The notes under the pieces: generated by a model
Databases searched by the model: none
Told to the model about the DNA's origin: nothing
What the model saw: the letters and a program-made list of their open reading frames with translations, nothing else
NCBI GenBank assembly: GCA_963782285.1
Contig: CAWAJH010000010.1
Span: forward strand, 138,682-202,681
Direction: 5' to 3'
Length of the DNA: 64,000 nucleotides
DNA from: an uncultured Acidobacteriaceae bacterium
GTDB taxonomy: Bacteria > Acidobacteriota > Terriglobia > Terriglobales > Acidobacteriaceae
Part shown: piece by piece, positions 60,732 to 64,000 of the stretch
How the letters are laid out: the number at the start of each line of letters is the position of its first letter
Position numbering within the stretch: the first letter of the stretch is position 1
Position numbers and translations under genes: made by a program

Positions 60732-61919
60732 TTAAGCGCCGGCGGCGGCAGGCTCCATGGACTCTTTCCGGGCCGAGGCACGCGCGAAGAGATACCAGGC
60801 GAGCCATGCGGGGGCAGTCCAAAGAAAGAGCGGCGATACGATTCGGACCAGGCTGATTTCGATGTCGGTGGCGAAAATGAGCAGGGCTAGCGCAGCAAGC
60901 AGATAACGCGAGCGGGTAGAGTATGCGCCGTCCAGGATTGCCGGAATTGCCAGGCACTGATCGTAGAGCCAACAGTAAGGCGCGGCCACAAGGGAAACCA
61001 ATATGAGCAGGCTGCAGTTTGTCGTCCAATCCCATACCGCGCGGCGCGACCAGAAATAGAAGACGGCCCAAAGGCAGCAAACTGCGGCGGGCAGATATTG
61101 CAGCCACACTGCCCCGGGGGCGAGCCAATGACGGATCGCGTCGGCAAGGCAAGGGATGAACTCATTTTCGACGGCCGGGGATCGCATCATGCGTGCGTAA
61201 TCAGTCCAGGCTTGAGGGGCAATCAGGCTCGCAACAGCGCTGCTGAGTACAAGGGCGGTAGCGGCGCCGGCCAAGACCCGATAACTGTGCGAGACGACGA
61301 TCCAAAGAACCAATGCGGCGGCGAACGGCAAGAACAATTGGGGCTTGAGGGTACATAGCCAGAGAGCGGCGCCCGCTGCAAATGGCCGGCTGCGATGCAG
61401 GCGAAGGAATAGGACCAGGCCGAATAGAGCAAACAAGGAGGTTTGACCCATGGTGAGGCAGATCAAAGCCGGCGTAAAAGCGAATCCCAGCCAGTGAATG
61501 CGATTGGGAGGATAGGCGTATAACTCGCGAAGAATACGTAAGGAAGCGAGCAGACAGGCGAGTAAGAGGAGTGTCCACAAGACGGCGGCGACGCGAAGCC
61601 CCAGAAAGCCGAGGGGAAAAGCAAGGAGGAGTGCCCATGGCGGATTGCGCATGAACAGGATGACCTTGTAGGTGAAGCCCGCTGCATGCTCGAGAGCAGA
61701 GATCGTTTCAGGGTCATACGGGTTTGCATGGCGGACAAGTTGATGGCCTGCGGCCCAATAGGAGACAAAATCGCGCGACGCCGCCAGATTGCCTGCAACT
61801 GGAATCGTAAAAATGAAGAGGACAACGAGTGCAAGCGCCAGACCGGCAACAATCGCAATGGACAGCTCAGCGAAATCGAAGCTTTCCCGCGCTGGGGGAT
61901 CGTCCTGGTTGGTTGCCAT
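60732..61919 (-). CDS. GT87/DUF2029-like GT-C glycosyltransferase 2
   Basis: RDFVSYW..G...NPYD, RNPP, GQTS, LKPQ, PY.W.YD; paralogue of 59441-60601. Confidence 0.87.
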   Translation of the reverse strand: MATNQDDPPARESFDFAELSIAIVAGLALALVVLFIFTIPVAGNLAASRDFVSYWAAGHQLVRHANPYDPETISALEHAAGFTYKVILFMRNPPWALLLAFPLGFLGLRVAAVLWTLLLLACLLASLRILRELYAYPPNRIHWLGFAFTPALICLTMGQTSLFALFGLVLFLRLHRSRPFAAGAALWLCTLKPQLFLPFAAALVLWIVVSHSYRVLAGAATALVLSSAVASLIAPQAWTDYARMMRSPAVENEFIPCLADAIRHWLAPGAVWLQYLPAAVCCLWAVFYFWSRRAVWDWTTNCSLLILVSLVAAPYCWLYDQCLAIPAILDGAYSTRSRYLLAALALLIFATDIEISLVRIVSPLFLWTAPAWLAWYLFARASARKESMEPAAAGA

Positions 61920-62097
61920 GCGGGCTATTCTACTGCAGTCTTTCATGCCGCCAGTCGGGGAGGCATTGGCGCAGCGGATACTTATTCCGCGGTGTGGGAG
62001 CAGGGAAGCCGCGAAGCCCCGGCTCATCGAAGTCGCAACGGGCACTTTCGCGACGACTGACGCCCCTAAACCATTCAAGCGACTACAACTTGAGTAA

Positions 62098-62236
62098 TGT
62101 ATACGGCGCCGAGCTATAAAGAAGAACCTGTAAACAGATGTATACACCGCCTTGGGTAACCGAGGAGTGGGGCAAGCGTAAGGCATTGATTCTAAATAAA
62201 GCGATATTTTGTCCGAGAATGGCACGCGAGGTGCTA
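62098..62236 (+). promoter_or_regulatory. sigma54 promoter of flp1 with UAS and IHF site
   Basis: TGTATACGGC at 62098; GTAAAC-N6-ATACAC at 62130; IHF consensus on the minus strand (AATCAATGCCTTA) at 62179-62191; TGGCACGCGAGGTGC at 62220-62234. Confidence 0.82.
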
Positions 62237-62290
62237 GGTTTAGGGTGCCCGGCTGAGGCTGGGAACAAAAAATTCTAGGAGAAAAGCAAA

Positions 62291-62476
62291 ATGAATAATC
62301 TGTTTCTGGCGCTCTATGTGAAGATGCAGAACCTGTTGGCTAACGAGGAAGGTCAGGACCTGGTTGAGTACGCGCTTCTGGTTTGCCTGATCGCTCTTGC
62401 CGCCATCACCGGTGTCAAGCAGGTCGCTTCGGCGGTCAACACTGTGTTCAGCAACATCAGCTCTTCGTTGTCGTAA
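62291..62476 (+). CDS. flp: Flp family type IVb pilin 1
   Basis: EEG|QDLVEYALL motif; AGGAG RBS. Confidence 0.95.
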   Translation: MNNLFLALYVKMQNLLANEEGQDLVEYALLVCLIALAAITGVKQVASAVNTVFSNISSSLS

Positions 62477-62717
62477 CTTCAGACACGAGACGCAATCCCA
62501 TTACCTCAGCCCCTTAGCAGGAGGAACGCGAATCTGTTAGAAGAAGCAGAACGTGTTCCCCCTGCAAAGGTTAACATTTTCAAAAGAGTTAATGAGCAGT
62601 TACTCACGGAGGACTGAATTCCCGTTATCTGCTCGTCGCTCTTAGACAGGACCATAGGCGGTCAGGTTAGTTGCGCAGGCCGATTCAGGCCTGGATCTCA
62701 CCCAGGGAGAAGGACCA

Positions 62718-62900
62718 ATGAACACACTCTTGATGCTGTATGTGAAAGTCCAGGACCTGAAGAACGGTGAGGAAGGTCAAGATCTGGTGGAATATGCATT
62801 GTTGGTTGCCTTGATCGCACTCGTTTGCATTAGCGGCGTCAACAGTGTCGCGTCATCAATTAACACAGTCTTCAGCACCATCAGTTCGTCGCTGTCGTAA
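62718..62900 (+). CDS. flp: Flp family type IVb pilin 2
   Basis: EEG|QDLVEYALL. Confidence 0.95.
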   Translation: MNTLLMLYVKVQDLKNGEEGQDLVEYALLVALIALVCISGVNSVASSINTVFSTISSSLS

Positions 62901-63152
62901 TTCGGGACAGCGAAATGTTCCCCGGGACCCAAGAATTTCAAGGGGGAGCTTGCCGCCATCTTAGTTGGAAGGCAAGCTCTCTCCGCATCATTGAAGCTTC
63001 CCCCAAGTAGGAACGGCAAACAACCAGGAAGAACCAAATGGAGTGGAAGGATAGACTCCAGCTTTTTTCATCCTTGAGAAACGCGAAGATTCTTGGAAGC
63101 AACGCACGCCGTAGACAGGCTTTGGCTGGAATCTCAATAATTGGGGGGAAAA

Positions 63153-63338
63153 ATGCAAAATACACTCTTGAAGCTGTTGATTAAGTACCAGAACCTGATC
63201 AACGATGAGCGCGGCCAGGATCTGGTCGAATATGCGCTGCTGTGCTCCCTGATTGCCCTTTCGCTGATCGCGGGCATTAAGAACATCGCATCTGCTGTAA
63301 ATACGGTGTTCAGCAACGTGAGCAGCTCGCTCTCGTAG
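63153..63338 (+). CDS. flp: Flp family type IVb pilin 3
   Basis: ERG|QDLVEYALL. Confidence 0.95.
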   Translation: MQNTLLKLLIKYQNLINDERGQDLVEYALLCSLIALSLIAGIKNIASAVNTVFSNVSSSLS

Positions 63339-63759
63339 CCGCGGAATCAGACGCTACACGAAGCACACGATGGCGACACTCGCATACGGCGGGTGCGGTC
63401 AAATGGTGCTTTTGTTCATATTGTTCCCACTACCCGGGAAACGTGAGCCAGCAGAGATGTTTAGCCGCCTGCTCACGCTCTGCCACGCCCTCCTTACATG
63501 CGGTTCGCTGCAGTTCAAAGAGATCAACAAATCTAGAAGTTGATGAAGCGGGTTCGGACACTATGGTCCGACCGGCTGAATGCTTCGATCTTGCCGTAGA
63601 ATCACGATGATCGAAGCGAGATCGTCAACGAACGATTTCGGACCGAACCGAGATGCTTTCGCCTTGCGTTGCAGCGCCTAACCAAATCTCCGTTGGAAAG
63701 TGACTGGGGCCGGATGGGGCAGCACTCGCCCGATTCGCAGGCGTACTAGAAGGTCCAGG

Positions 63760-64000
63760 ATGAAGTGGAAGACAACATCGAGACAGCAAAAGGCTCTGCT
63801 TTGCCTCGCATTGAGTGGCGCGATCTTCATCGCTTGGGGTTCGGTAATAGCGATGAACTCCTATTCCGGGATGGGGGCTTTCAAGGCGGTCTTCTACGGG
63901 GCTCGATGCCTGATGCAGCACAGTGATCCATACAACCCAAGCGTGATGCTTAAGGTGTATCGCGCCGAAGGGGGTACGCTTCCCTCCGATCCGGCCGAGG
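63760..64000 (+). CDS. N-terminus of a third GT87-like glycosyltransferase (truncated by window end)
   Basis: MKWKTTSRQQK, TM helix, GMGAFKAVFYGARCLMQHSDPYNP; frame open to the window edge. Confidence 0.7.
   Translation, partial: MKWKTTSRQQKALLCLALSGAIFIAWGSVIAMNSYSGMGAFKAVFYGARCLMQHSDPYNPSVMLKVYRAEGGTLPSDPAE

Overview
GC-rich bacterial DNA whose gene content and intergenic repeats suggest Acidobacteriota (inference). Left to right: (1) a secreted multi-core peptide precursor (signal peptide + 8 x FPFPIPP) co-oriented with a 7-TM membrane protein, divergent from a PilZ gene and an atypical NarL/LuxR regulator; (2) MarR, an MFS remnant, an HdeD/DUF1269 group and a PAS-sigma54 activator with its own sigma54 promoter; (3) a Tat-exported FAD oxidoreductase and a membrane protein/HTH/uppS operon; (4) a PaoABC/XDH-family molybdoenzyme with a cytochrome b subunit, IscU-like, MocA-like and XdhC genes; (5) a reductive pyrimidine degradation cluster (ureidopropionase, preT, preA, hydA, NCS1, class III aminotransferase); (6) a ~29 kb Tad/Flp pilus locus with a divergent NtrC-family activator, 3 TadE, 3 vWA TadG-like paralogues, 3 Flp pilins, DUF192/PilZ proteins and 3 GT87-like glycosyltransferases. 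The best candidate for an undescribed system is the multi-core peptide plus 7-TM pair, a pheromone/receptor-like arrangement. Two shared promoter architectures can be read from the sequence: a sigma54 UAS-IHF-(-24/-12) set at cpaA and flp1, and a TTGCAC-N4-GTGCAA class II-like site before the tadE/tadG cassettes, with a partial copy at the peptide locus. Many single-base frameshifts cluster at ~21-26 kb and ~38-42 kb and are probably assembly errors. All family calls come from motif recognition by eye; no searches were run.
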